64,000 nt of DNA. Source: a virus. Below are positions 42,744 through 51,934 of the stretch, piece by piece (within the stretch, counting starts at the first letter, position 1; every line of letters begins with the position of its first letter). The stretch lies in IMG/VR virus record IMGVR_UViG_3300042547_000432, one strand, 5' to 3'. Both the position numbers and the translations under genes were made by a program. The notes beneath the pieces were generated by a model. The model was not told the origin of the DNA. It worked only from the letters and a program-made list of their open reading frames with translations, and did no database searches.

Positions 42744-45338
42744 TTATGCTATCCTCCTCATCTGAGTAGTTGACATGACAGAACTTGTTGGGATGTCAAC
42801 AGACACAAAAGCAACCTGTGATTTAGATGATTGTGGAATTATGGTTGGGGAAGATGTGGAAGGCACAGACATCGAAACAGTTTTTGGTTTTGGTTTATTT
42901 TTTAAGTTGCCATATATATCCATGTTTTGATCAGCGCCTTTCATTCCAGCGTCTCTCATCACATCTCTCAATTTATCATAGTATTGCTGTTGCTTTACAG
43001 CAGTTCTTGCGGCACTGTTAACTAAAGGTTTGTATGCTCCACCACCTGGCATGTTGGTTATATCTCTTGCGTTTTGTATAGCGTTTCTTAATTGTTGATT
43101 GTTGGTTGATGTTATAGCACCCTGAGGTTTAACTTGCCTCTGAGCGTTGGGTGGTGTATACAATCCATGAATGCCTGGTAAATATCCTGGACCAAAATCG
43201 GTAGGAATAAAATACTTACCAGTCTTTTCGTAGTATCTTCTATTTTCTTTTTGAGAATACTCACCCATATTTCCTTTAGGGAACGAAGGCTTGCCCAAAG
43301 GAATGCCAAGTAATTTATTTTGATACCCAGCAAGAGTTTGTCTGATGCCTTGTATATCTTTTGGTCCACTACTCTTTGGTGCCATTACGGTTCCAGTACC
43401 TGGAAGGACTCTACCTAGAGTATTTAAAAATCCACCCTCAGAAAAACTTGGTTTGTTCTGGTGAGTCCATTCTACTGGGTCTATTTGCCCACCGTATTTC
43501 TGTGTTCTTACTTCCCAATGTAGGTGAGGACCAGTAGACCTACCAGTATTTCCTAGTGTACCAATAACTTCACCCGCCTTAACTTTGGAACCTATTTGAA
43601 GACTAGCAGCTACGTCTTGTAAGTGTCCATAGTAAGTAAATATTTTTGGTTGATCGTGTTCGATGCCAATCAAATTTCCATATCCACCACCACCATCAAT
43701 AGGATAATTTCTATTAATATCATACACAGTACCCGCAAATGGGGTGATAATTTTTATACCTGGATCGCCATCTAAATCAATACCACTGTGTTGTCTACCC
43801 CAACGATAACCAAATCCAGATACATAACCAATTTTTTTTGTATCTGCTTTAGAAAAAGGTATCCAAGCGGGAAGTTTTCCTACATTAGTTCCGCCAACAA
43901 ATCTTAAATCTTTCTCAGAAGAAATTGTTCCAATGTCTTTTGCTATTTCTCCCGAAGGCAATCCTGGAGGTCCACCAAATACTCCACTCGCTCCAGGAAA
44001 AAATAGACGATTGTTATTCATATAAATCCGCCAGGATTTATAGAAACGATTTACATCAAATATATTTTCTTCTGTGCCAGCATACCCAGGACCACCAAAC
44101 ATTTCGATAACTTCACTGCGCGACAGACCAAGAATAGAAGAAATTAATTCTATATTTTTTGGAATGTTTACGTTAAAGTAACCAGCAAATGGTCCCAATG
44201 AACGAAGAACCGAACCAAATACTGATACCGCAGCACCAAGTAAAGCATTGATTGGTTTAGTTAATACGTCAGCCAGTGCTTGATTGTATTGTTGATTGTC
44301 ATATTGATTGAGTATTTCCTTTCCATAATTTCTATTCAAAGGAATTACTGCTGTTCCTGGCGCCAATTTACCAACAGTTGGATTATCATATACCCCAGGT
44401 GGTATAACTTTTCCTTGAGATGGAAGCGTTGATACCCCACCCTCTGCTAGTTTTGTAGTTGGTTGTGTGGATTGTTTCTTGCCAGTAAATGGAGATGTTA
44501 ATTTCTGGAAGAATTGTTTTCTTGCTTCTCTTTTTCTTTCTTCAGTTTCAATATCATCAAGTGCTTCTTGATAGTTCTCACCCATCTGTTCGAGTAAGAA
44601 CTTAACATCATTTAAGTCTTCATCTATTCTTCTTAGGTAACCTAGACTTCTTTGTAGTCTAAAGTTTTGTCTTGATAATTCATTACCTATTTTATCCAAC
44701 ACCATTCCATATTTTGTCATGGATCTCATGACATTAGATGGCATTTTATTGGGAGGAATGAGATCCTCATCTCTCAATGGAGTTGGTTTAGGTTTCTCTG
44801 GTTCTGGTTGAACAACTGGTACTGGTATTTCTGGTATTAATTCTACCTTTGGTTCTTCAGGAATTTCTGGTATGAGATCTGGCGCTGGTTGTGGTTCTGG
44901 CGCTGGTGGTTTCGTTGCTGGTATAAGAGGAGTTGCTGGCTTGATCTTAGTTTCTCTTCGCTGATTAACCAAACGATCTACTTCAGCTTCTTCTATCTTC
45001 GCATCTACTTTCTTGCGAAATGGTTTCTCAAGATACTCTTCAACTAACCACTCTTGATATTTCTGCTGCCTCTCCATCCACTGAACAGGAGTACCACTTT
45101 CTTGATCCAAAGAAGGATACCCACGAGGATCCTTCTTTAAATTTTCAATCAGCTTATCGGCTTCTGCTTCTGTTATGTTTACATAGGAAGAATAATGTTC
45201 ACCATCTGTTGGTCTTCCAGTAAGACGAGCTTTTAAAGTTACCCACAAACGAGATTTTGGACTAACATAAGACCAGGGTATCTTGGGATCAAGTACCCCC
45301 TCAGGCGGCTGTGGTAAATCTAAGTCTTCGGGATTCAT
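42744..45338 (-). CDS. Hub-associated protein with M23 peptidase domain
   Basis: SGFGYRWGRQHSGIDL, GGGYGN..IEH, YGHL, GNTGRSTGPHLHWEVR. Confidence 0.8.
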   Translation of the reverse strand: MNPEDLDLPQPPEGVLDPKIPWSYVSPKSRLWVTLKARLTGRPTDGEHYSSYVNITEAEADKLIENLKKDPRGYPSLDQESGTPVQWMERQQKYQEWLVEEYLEKPFRKKVDAKIEEAEVDRLVNQRRETKIKPATPLIPATKPPAPEPQPAPDLIPEIPEEPKVELIPEIPVPVVQPEPEKPKPTPLRDEDLIPPNKMPSNVMRSMTKYGMVLDKIGNELSRQNFRLQRSLGYLRRIDEDLNDVKFLLEQMGENYQEALDDIETEERKREARKQFFQKLTSPFTGKKQSTQPTTKLAEGGVSTLPSQGKVIPPGVYDNPTVGKLAPGTAVIPLNRNYGKEILNQYDNQQYNQALADVLTKPINALLGAAVSVFGSVLRSLGPFAGYFNVNIPKNIELISSILGLSRSEVIEMFGGPGYAGTEENIFDVNRFYKSWRIYMNNNRLFFPGASGVFGGPPGLPSGEIAKDIGTISSEKDLRFVGGTNVGKLPAWIPFSKADTKKIGYVSGFGYRWGRQHSGIDLDGDPGIKIITPFAGTVYDINRNYPIDGGGGYGNLIGIEHDQPKIFTYYGHLQDVAASLQIGSKVKAGEVIGTLGNTGRSTGPHLHWEVRTQKYGGQIDPVEWTHQNKPSFSEGGFLNTLGRVLPGTGTVMAPKSSGPKDIQGIRQTLAGYQNKLLGIPLGKPSFPKGNMGEYSQKENRRYYEKTGKYFIPTDFGPGYLPGIHGLYTPPNAQRQVKPQGAITSTNNQQLRNAIQNARDITNMPGGGAYKPLVNSAARTAVKQQQYYDKLRDVMRDAGMKGADQNMDIYGNLKNKPKPKTVSMSVPSTSSPTIIPQSSKSQVAFVSVDIPTSSVMSTTQMRRIA

Positions 45339-45502
45339 TGCTTGTTCTTACGGTTTTGTTCTTCTATGTACTGATTCAACATAGTAACATAAACAATTCT
45401 TTCCCAAGGTAGCATGTTATCCAATTCACTCAAAGAAAATTTATGAATGTACATCAGATTAAAATTTGACTGATAATGATTAGCCAAATTATCATGGAAC
45501 AT
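45335..45502 (-). CDS. g51: gp51-like baseplate hub assembly catalyst, 55 aa
   Basis: Hand-translated NFNLMYIHKFSLSELDNMLPWERIVY; directly after g26. Confidence 0.8.
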   Translation of the reverse strand: MFHDNLANHYQSNFNLMYIHKFSLSELDNMLPWERIVYVTMLNQYIEEQNRKNKQ

Positions 45503-45504
45503 GC

Positions 45505-46221
45505 TCACCCGAAAAAATTTACAAGACCCTCAATGGTGTACTCAGATTCAACTTCTGTCTTTGGATTCTTAACAGTAAAAGTATGAGATAGTTTTGGCAT
45601 CGTAGCAAAGAAGTCTTTGACTTTTTCAAACTGCTTTGATGTAAGACCACCAATCCATTCTTCTATTTCTTTCTTGGAAGTATTTTTTGCTTCGTAAACA
45701 TCTTCACCAACAAAAATTTGATCTACAGAATCAACAATGATATCAAAAACTTCTTCGGCGTTCAAACTCTTCATCATGATTTGTGTCTTGATGAACTGAT
45801 CCATTCCAGGATACTTCATTATTAATCCAGTAGTATCATCGAGTAGGATTGTGTTTGTATGTTCTGGTGTTTTTTGTACTTTAACTTCGTTTAGATCTAA
45901 AGTATAATTTACTTGAGTTTCATTATCATCACTACAAGTAATCTTCATCTGAACTTCTTCACCAACAGACTTAGCACGAATGTTGAGAAACAAATATTCA
46001 ATATCAAACGATGCCAAATCTGATACTTTAATGCCTCTAGTAAGTACACAAGACTTCACGATGTTAACTACAGCATCTTGAATTTGTTTCTCATCCTCAG
46101 ACTCCATTGCCATCAGTAAAACTTTTTCTTCACTGACTAAGAATGGTCTGAACTTAACTGGTTTTTCCGTTGATGGTAGTTCCAATTCATATGTTGGGAC
46201 TGGTGGTTTTGGTAAAGCCAT
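45505..46221 (-). CDS. g26: gp26 baseplate hub subunit
   Basis: MALPKPPVPTYELELPST..VKFRPFLV.EEKVLLMA..IRAKSVGE. Confidence 0.9.
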   Translation of the reverse strand: MALPKPPVPTYELELPSTEKPVKFRPFLVSEEKVLLMAMESEDEKQIQDAVVNIVKSCVLTRGIKVSDLASFDIEYLFLNIRAKSVGEEVQMKITCSDDNETQVNYTLDLNEVKVQKTPEHTNTILLDDTTGLIMKYPGMDQFIKTQIMMKSLNAEEVFDIIVDSVDQIFVGEDVYEAKNTSKKEIEEWIGGLTSKQFEKVKDFFATMPKLSHTFTVKNPKTEVESEYTIEGLVNFFG

Positions 46222-46254
46222 GATTACTCCAAAAGAAATAATATTATTACAATT

Positions 46255-46262
46255 TATTTATC
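46255..46262 (-). promoter_or_regulatory. Late promoter variant GATAAATA upstream of g26
   Basis: 34 nt upstream of the ATG. Confidence 0.55.
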
Positions 46263-46911
46263 GGTTAGGCCAACGTAATCCATTTTCAGATTTATCCCAA
46301 GAACTATAATAAAAATTAGCAGTACACTTTACTAATTGTGAAGAACCATATGATAATGGGATAGCATCTACTGAATAAGGCCAAGCATTATTTAAAACAT
46401 AACCAAGTGTAGCTACACCAATCTCATCATCTTTGTTTCTTTCTCTTTTTTCTATATTAATTTGACACTGGTAATCTTTAGGATACTTCAATCTTCTAAC
46501 TTTTTCTCCAGATCTTGATGCCGATGTAGTATTATAAATTGCTCCATGCCAATCCAACAAAAATTTAAATGCCTGCATTTCGGCATCACACATAAATGAT
46601 AATTGTATGTCACTATAAATTGGTGAAGTTGGATAGTAAATTGGACCCTGCCCCTGATATCTTCCAGCAATTGATCCAGTATTTGATTGAATACCAGGGA
46701 GAGAAACTTCATCACACATTAATAATATTCTTTCACCAACTTTAGATACTCCCTTACTTCCAAATACAGGTGCTTCTAGTCCACCAGAACGACCAGTTCC
46801 AGTCAACAAACCTCTAAGTGAATCAGTGAGAGTAAAGTATACGGAATAGGTATTACTCCTTGCCATTCCCCTACCATTAACAATAGCGGTAAGGTAATTC
46901 TTAACACCCAT
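46258..46911 (-). CDS. Tail-tube family protein (gp19/gp54-like tail-tube initiator)
   Basis: CDEVSLPG, LSFMCD, W...I...Y.KDY, NAWPYSVDAIPLSYG motifs. Confidence 0.75.
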   Translation of the reverse strand: MGVKNYLTAIVNGRGMARSNTYSVYFTLTDSLRGLLTGTGRSGGLEAPVFGSKGVSKVGERILLMCDEVSLPGIQSNTGSIAGRYQGQGPIYYPTSPIYSDIQLSFMCDAEMQAFKFLLDWHGAIYNTTSASRSGEKVRRLKYPKDYQCQINIEKRERNKDDEIGVATLGYVLNNAWPYSVDAIPLSYGSSQLVKCTANFYYSSWDKSENGLRWPNR

Positions 46912-46912
46912 C

Positions 46913-46944
46913 TATAAATACCTTTGAGTAGTTTTATATTTATA
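46913..46944. promoter_or_regulatory. Pair of oppositely oriented late promoters: TATAAATA (+, 46913-46920) and TATAAATA (-, 46937-46944)
   Basis: Both are exact consensus, within a 36-bp divergent intergenic gap. Confidence 0.8.
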
Positions 46945-46947
46945 TTT

Positions 46948-47382
46948 ATGGCGTACTCGGGATTTTATCGCCCAATAAATCCCACGAAGTATAGGGGCAA
47001 CCCTATGAATATAATCTATCGCTCGTTATGGGAAAGGAAATTTATGATTTTCTGTGATAGAAATAATAGTGTGATTGAATGGGGCAGTGAGGAAGTTGTG
47101 ATACCTTATCGTTCCCCAGTGGATGGTAGAGTACACAGATACTATGTGGACTTCTATATTAAAGTTCGTACCAAAACAAATGAAATTAAAAAATATCTTG
47201 TTGAAATCAAACCAAAGAATCAAACATCTCCTCCACCCCCAGCAAAGAAACAAACTAAATTATACAAAGATAAAGTCCTGACGTTTCTAAAGAACCAAGC
47301 GAAATGGGAAGCCGCAAGTGACTGGTGTGAGGATAGACAGATGCAGTTCCTTATTCTCACCGAAGATCACTTGGGGGTATGA
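46948..47382 (+). CDS. g4: gp4 head completion nuclease
   Basis: MAYSG.Y.P.NP.KY.G..IIYRSLWERKFM..CD..WGSEE..RYYVDF. Start trimmed to 46948. Confidence 0.9.
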   Translation: MAYSGFYRPINPTKYRGNPMNIIYRSLWERKFMIFCDRNNSVIEWGSEEVVIPYRSPVDGRVHRYYVDFYIKVRTKTNEIKKYLVEIKPKNQTSPPPPAKKQTKLYKDKVLTFLKNQAKWEAASDWCEDRQMQFLILTEDHLGV

Positions 47383-47385
47383 CGT

Positions 47386-48063
47386 ATGGCAAAAGGATTC
47401 AAAAAAGAATCAAGAGGAAAATCAAAAGGATACCAAACACTCTTTGAAAGAGTAAAAGAAAAAACTGATGGAGAAGAACAGACTTGGCAGTGGTATAGAA
47501 AGACTGTTCGTTCGATGGCACTTGAATACAAACAGAATCCAGACAAAACAATAAGAGATGAACGCAGAGATAGAAATGATGATAGTGATGCTCAAGATCA
47601 AAATAGATTAAGAAGATATGCGAGACAGGGTAGACTGTTTCTTTTTGAATACAAAGCAAAGATGAAGTATCTACCATACTACGATACTTTTCCTCTAGTC
47701 TACGTCATCAAAGCCAACACAGATCATTTCTTTGGTTTCAATCTTCATTATCTAGAACCAAGAAAAAGAGTAATAGCAATACAAAAACTAAAAGATGATA
47801 GAATAGACTTGCCTCGATCATGTCTTCATAAATATATTTTAGACCATGTAGATGGATTCCTTTTAGATCTTTCTATCAATGAATGGGATACTGCTATTAC
47901 ACTACCAGTAGAACACTTTGTTAGAGAAAGAAGTGGGGTACTAATTCCATATAAATCATCTGATGTGTGGAAAGAAACCAACGAAAAATATAATGATCGC
48001 ATCAAAGCCAAGCGTATCATAAAAGGATACGGAAGCCCAGAAGATATCACAGACGTAACGTAA
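47386..48063 (+). CDS. g2: gp2 DNA end protector
   Basis: GRLFLFEYKAK..LPYYDTFPLV..G.NLHYL; synteny with g4. Confidence 0.85.
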   Translation: MAKGFKKESRGKSKGYQTLFERVKEKTDGEEQTWQWYRKTVRSMALEYKQNPDKTIRDERRDRNDDSDAQDQNRLRRYARQGRLFLFEYKAKMKYLPYYDTFPLVYVIKANTDHFFGFNLHYLEPRKRVIAIQKLKDDRIDLPRSCLHKYILDHVDGFLLDLSINEWDTAITLPVEHFVRERSGVLIPYKSSDVWKETNEKYNDRIKAKRIIKGYGSPEDITDVT

Positions 48064-48951
48064 ATGGCAACTTTAAAGTATCCAGAAAATATTAATGGTA
48101 GTTCCGACTATATAAAATTTAAATTTTTTGAATACAAGGCACCGTATAGTGATGGAGCGATTACTGGTGCTGCTTCTGGTGTATTATACAACAAAAGTGC
48201 GATAGCACTAACACCAGCTAAACTTGATGAAATAATAATAACTATGCCAAATGATATTGGCAGTTCTATCGTTGGAACCTGGGGCGATAGATCTTTTTCT
48301 GGATTGGCAGCTGCTGCTATTGGTGCGGTTGGTGGCATTACCAATTTAGACAAAGTAGGAAACAACATTGGAGAGTTTGTAAGTAAAATGACAGCAGGTG
48401 CTGCTACGGGCGTGCTGGAAGATGCATTAAAACTAGCAGCAGAAAAATTATCAACTGCTCCAGGAGTTGGTTCAAATCTACAACTCAACGATTATCTAGG
48501 ACTTGTTAGTGGATACATTACAAATCCAAATACAGAATTGTTATATCAAGGTACTCAACTAAGAAATCATGGTTACACATTTAAGATGATTGCTCAAACT
48601 GAAACAGAAGCAAAAGCGATAGATAAAATTGCTACAGTATTCAAACAAGCAGCAGCACCAAAAGGGAATACTGCTAAAATTTTAAATGCCAATGTAAGAA
48701 ACTTTATTGGCATTCCTAATGTATGTAGAGTTTCTTTTCACCAAGGAGGAGAGACATCAGAAGAACATTTATATCTTCCAAGATTTAAAACATCTGCCAT
48801 AACAAGTGTAAGTGTTGATTATATTACCGAGGGACAATACATGACATTTGAAGATGGAAGACCAATAGGACTAGGACTACAAGTTAATTTCAGAGAACTC
48901 AAACTACTCTTTGCTGATGAAATTGGTGAAGGTAACACTAAGTTTAGATAA
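48064..48951 (+). CDS. g48: gp48 baseplate tail-tube cap
   Basis: LKYP..DYIKF, NPNTELLYQG..LR.H.YTFKM; synteny. Confidence 0.8.
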   Translation: MATLKYPENINGSSDYIKFKFFEYKAPYSDGAITGAASGVLYNKSAIALTPAKLDEIIITMPNDIGSSIVGTWGDRSFSGLAAAAIGAVGGITNLDKVGNNIGEFVSKMTAGAATGVLEDALKLAAEKLSTAPGVGSNLQLNDYLGLVSGYITNPNTELLYQGTQLRNHGYTFKMIAQTETEAKAIDKIATVFKQAAAPKGNTAKILNANVRNFIGIPNVCRVSFHQGGETSEEHLYLPRFKTSAITSVSVDYITEGQYMTFEDGRPIGLGLQVNFRELKLLFADEIGEGNTKFR

Positions 48952-48953
48952 TC

Positions 48954-49658
48954 ATGGCATACTTCAACAGACTACCTAACGTAGAGTACGATAAAAAACC
49001 TTTGACGTTTCCATATTCGGAAACAGAATATGTTCTTGTCAAAAATTTCTTTCGTCGTTACAAGTTATCCGAATCATCTTTCAACTACAATACTTTGTTT
49101 GATAAGTATGCCATGATTGATACTGATAGGTTGGATGTTTTAGCAGATAAATTTTATGAGAATCCAGAGTATGATTGGATTATCGCCATCACCAACAACA
49201 TCTTAAATACTTATTCTGATTTACCAAAACCAGAGACAAGACTATACGATATGGTAAACGAAGCATACAAAGATGCTCCTGGTAATCAGTCTGTACTTCC
49301 TGCTGATAGAATTCATCACTACGAAACCAGAGAAGTGAAAGATAGTGCTGGTAGAGTTGTGCTACAATCTGGATTAAAAGTTGAATCTACTTTCTCTAAC
49401 AGTCCACTTAAACCTAGCGATGGAAAATTCTATTATTATGATAGCGGATCAGGTGCTACTATGAAAGTAAATGGCAGTAGTGTCATCACGGCAATCACGA
49501 ACTATGAATATGAGTTGAAATTAAACGATGTGAAGAGAGAAATTTATATTTTAAAACCTCAATTCGTTCAAGAATTTATTTCGCAATTTGAAGCTGGCAT
49601 GGAATACTCTAGATCATCAGCTTACGTTGACAAAACGACAAAACTTTCGGGTAAATAA
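48954..49658 (+). CDS. g53: gp53 baseplate wedge subunit
   Basis: MAYF..LPNVEY, DRLDVLA..FY..YDWII..N, IHHYET, NYEYE..ND.KR.I.ILKP. Confidence 0.88.
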   Translation: MAYFNRLPNVEYDKKPLTFPYSETEYVLVKNFFRRYKLSESSFNYNTLFDKYAMIDTDRLDVLADKFYENPEYDWIIAITNNILNTYSDLPKPETRLYDMVNEAYKDAPGNQSVLPADRIHHYETREVKDSAGRVVLQSGLKVESTFSNSPLKPSDGKFYYYDSGSGATMKVNGSSVITAITNYEYELKLNDVKREIYILKPQFVQEFISQFEAGMEYSRSSAYVDKTTKLSGK

Positions 49659-49679
49659 AAGGGGGCAGATGCCCCCAAC
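49657..49679. terminator. Hairpin between convergent g53 and g32 (GGGGGCA-GA-TGCCCCC), T tract on the minus strand
   Basis: 7-bp GC stem with a very small loop. Confidence 0.7.
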
Positions 49680-49682
49680 TTA

Positions 49683-50600
49683 TCAGTCTTCTTCAGCGAG
49701 ACGAGCAAAGTAACTTAGAGCATCGTCATCATCGTCAGTTCCAGCAGCAACTGCTACCTTAGGTAGGGCAGGTTCACGGCGAGCAACGGGAGCGGGAGCA
49801 GAGAACTCTTCATCCTCTTCCTCATCCATCACGCGAGTCACCTGAGCGGCGCGGGCAGCAGCAGGAGTCTGGGTGATACCCAGCACCAGATTCAAACGCT
49901 CCTCCAGTTCTTCATAGCTCTTGAAGTTATCAGGAGATACGAATGCTTGGAGGGAGTGTGCCTGACGCCAAATGTTTTCCAGTTTGGAATCATCAGCGGC
50001 GAGAGCAGAAGGAGCAGCGAACTCAGACTTGTCGTAGTTCCAGTAACCAGCAACGTTGGTGATCTTCAGTTTGAAGTTAGCACCTTCCCACAGATCGAAA
50101 GGATTCACGGGAGTCTCATCTTCAAACTCAGGTTGCATAGCAGCGGTAATCTTATCAAAGATTTTCTTACCGAACTTATACAGGAACACTTTGCCTTCAT
50201 TATCGGGGTTTGCTTTATCGCTCACCACATAGATGTTAGCGTAGTAAGTCAGTTTACGCTTCTGCTTACGGGCAGTTTCTTTATCAGCATCACGACCACT
50301 ATTCCACAGGCGACGATTCACCTCACCCACAGGATCTTTCTGACCCAGAGTGGTGAGAGAGTTCTCGATATACCAACCACCATCACCTTGAAAGGCGTGG
50401 GAATAGAGTTTCACGAACGGGATTTCCTCACCATCAGGAGCAGGAAGGAAACGAATAACAGCAAAACCATTGCCAGCGGCGTCAACGCTAGGTTTCCAGA
50501 AACGGTCATCGGAACTGGAAGTGGAGTTTGCTTTCTCAAGTTCCTTAGTCAGAGAAGCAAAGGAGTTTTGAGATTTGCGCTTGAGATCAGCGAAAGACAT
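49683..50600 (-). CDS. g32: gp32 single-stranded DNA-binding protein
   Basis: DDRFWK..GNGFAVIRFLPAP..HAFQG.GGWYIENSLTTLG..KIFDKI..NPFDLWEGANFKLK; acidic tail. Confidence 0.95.
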   Translation of the reverse strand: MSFADLKRKSQNSFASLTKELEKANSTSSSDDRFWKPSVDAAGNGFAVIRFLPAPDGEEIPFVKLYSHAFQGDGGWYIENSLTTLGQKDPVGEVNRRLWNSGRDADKETARKQKRKLTYYANIYVVSDKANPDNEGKVFLYKFGKKIFDKITAAMQPEFEDETPVNPFDLWEGANFKLKITNVAGYWNYDKSEFAAPSALAADDSKLENIWRQAHSLQAFVSPDNFKSYEELEERLNLVLGITQTPAAARAAQVTRVMDEEEDEEFSAPAPVARREPALPKVAVAAGTDDDDDALSYFARLAEED

Positions 50601-50655
50601 AGGATTACCTCGGATTGTTTTGGATTTGGTCTGTGTGACACCTCATCACTTAGTC

Positions 50656-50684
50656 ATCATACCACGGGCAGAGGTCGGTGTCAA
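50656..50684 (-). promoter_or_regulatory. Sigma70 promoter TTGACA-N17-TATGAT (extended TG) for g32
   Basis: Read directly from the sequence. Confidence 0.8.
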
Positions 50685-51025
50685 CCCTCTGCCTCGATCT
50701 CTTTTTCAAACTCGTCGAGCTTGTCAAGCATGTTACGCATCAAGGAGAGAACATCTTGCGTTTCCCACCATCCATAAAGCATCTTGGCACCTTGTTCAAT
50801 CTGCTCACACATTTCTACTGCGCGAGGATCATCAGAAAGTTTGAGACGAGTGTAAAAGATTTGTTGTTTTTCAACTAGAGAACGAACAACATTAATATAT
50901 TCAAGTTGATCTTCCTTGCTTCCTTTCATGGGAGAAGCAAGTGTGAGTTCCATTGCTTTCATTTGTAGGAACTCCATTTCTTTCGCCTCGTTACGGACGA
51001 TATCTGAATCAAAGAAGTCGCTCAT
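50681..51025 (-). CDS. DUF1825-like cyanobacterial/cyanophage protein
   Basis: FFDSDIVR.E..EKQQIFYTRLKLSDDP.A.EM. Confidence 0.75.
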   Translation of the reverse strand: MSDFFDSDIVRNEAKEMEFLQMKAMELTLASPMKGSKEDQLEYINVVRSLVEKQQIFYTRLKLSDDPRAVEMCEQIEQGAKMLYGWWETQDVLSLMRNMLDKLDEFEKEIEAEG

Positions 51026-51270
51026 ACTAACATTAATTTTGCTCTAGATGTTTTTTTGATGAAGTTCAATTGTTGAGCTTCATGTTTTAGTTTTTCTTTT
51101 AGTGGTTTTGAAATCAACTTGGGCACAGTCTCCAACTCAATATCGTTGATATCACAATAATGAATGATAGCATCAATATAGCTCATTGAATCACTGTTCA
51201 CAAGCGTCTCCACTTCTGAAGAGAATCTTGCAACTGTCATAAATTTTTCCTGTAGTATATTATCCTCCAT
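51022..51270 (-). CDS. g33: gp33 late-transcription coactivator
   Basis: F...VE......SYIDAI..YC...IE.E.V.KLISKPLKEKLK.EA..LNF. Confidence 0.9.
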   Translation of the reverse strand: MEDNILQEKFMTVARFSSEVETLVNSDSMSYIDAIIHYCDINDIELETVPKLISKPLKEKLKHEAQQLNFIKKTSRAKLMLV

Positions 51271-51934
51271 AGATTTCCTGGTAGAGTGCGCGTAGTTCGA
51301 TTAGTCTATCGAGATATTCTTTTTTTGGTTGCTTGATAACAACTTGCGTATTGCCATCTTCGCAAGCAACGATAGTTACAAGTTGTTTGATGCGTGTATT
51401 ATATAGTTCGTAAAACATACAACCATATGCTGTTTCTTGAATATAATAATCTTCCATCCATTCTTCACGCTTCTCTTCCTTTGAGGTTTTGAAGTCAATG
51501 ATGGATGGAATACCATCAAACTCACCAATACAATCAACTCGCCCAGCTACTTCTAGGTGATCTGAGTATAATGCTGCTTCTTGTAAATAGACCTTAGTGA
51601 TTCTATTGAGTGTTGGCACAGCATTTTTGAACATCAAAAGGGGGAGGGGATTCCCTTTGAAGTTGCTTTCATTATAGCAGTTATTCAGAAAATCTTCAAC
51701 TATTTTGTGGAAGTGAGTACCACGAGTAGCAGAGCGATTAGAAATTGCCTGTGCTTTATCAGCACCCACACGCTGTCTCCACTCATTGAGTTTCTTTTTC
51801 TTCTTCGGGCACACCCCAAGAACTGTAGTAATAGATGGATACTTACCACCAGAAGGAACAGGGTAAACCCTGCGACCATCTACCATAATAGGTTCCAATT
51901 CAATGGGGGCGAATGACGAAGAATGAATAAACAT
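51260..51934 (-). CDS. PD-(D/E)XK (RecB/Cas4-like) exonuclease
   Basis: YPSITTVL, RGTHFH, AGRVDCI..IIDFKTS..Q..AY. Confidence 0.88.
   Translation of the reverse strand: MFIHSSSFAPIELEPIMVDGRRVYPVPSGGKYPSITTVLGVCPKKKKKLNEWRQRVGADKAQAISNRSATRGTHFHKIVEDFLNNCYNESNFKGNPLPLLMFKNAVPTLNRITKVYLQEAALYSDHLEVAGRVDCIGEFDGIPSIIDFKTSKEEKREEWMEDYYIQETAYGCMFYELYNTRIKQLVTIVACEDGNTQVVIKQPKKEYLDRLIELRALYQEIYGG

Noticed and set aside
49947-50777. 276-aa plus-strand ORF
   Set aside because: Antisense shadow of the strongly codon-biased g32; no motif.
51260-51934. Cas4-like nuclease as a sign of a CRISPR system
   Set aside because: It is the standard T4-like exonuclease next to phoH and g33; no repeat-spacer array or other cas gene is visible.
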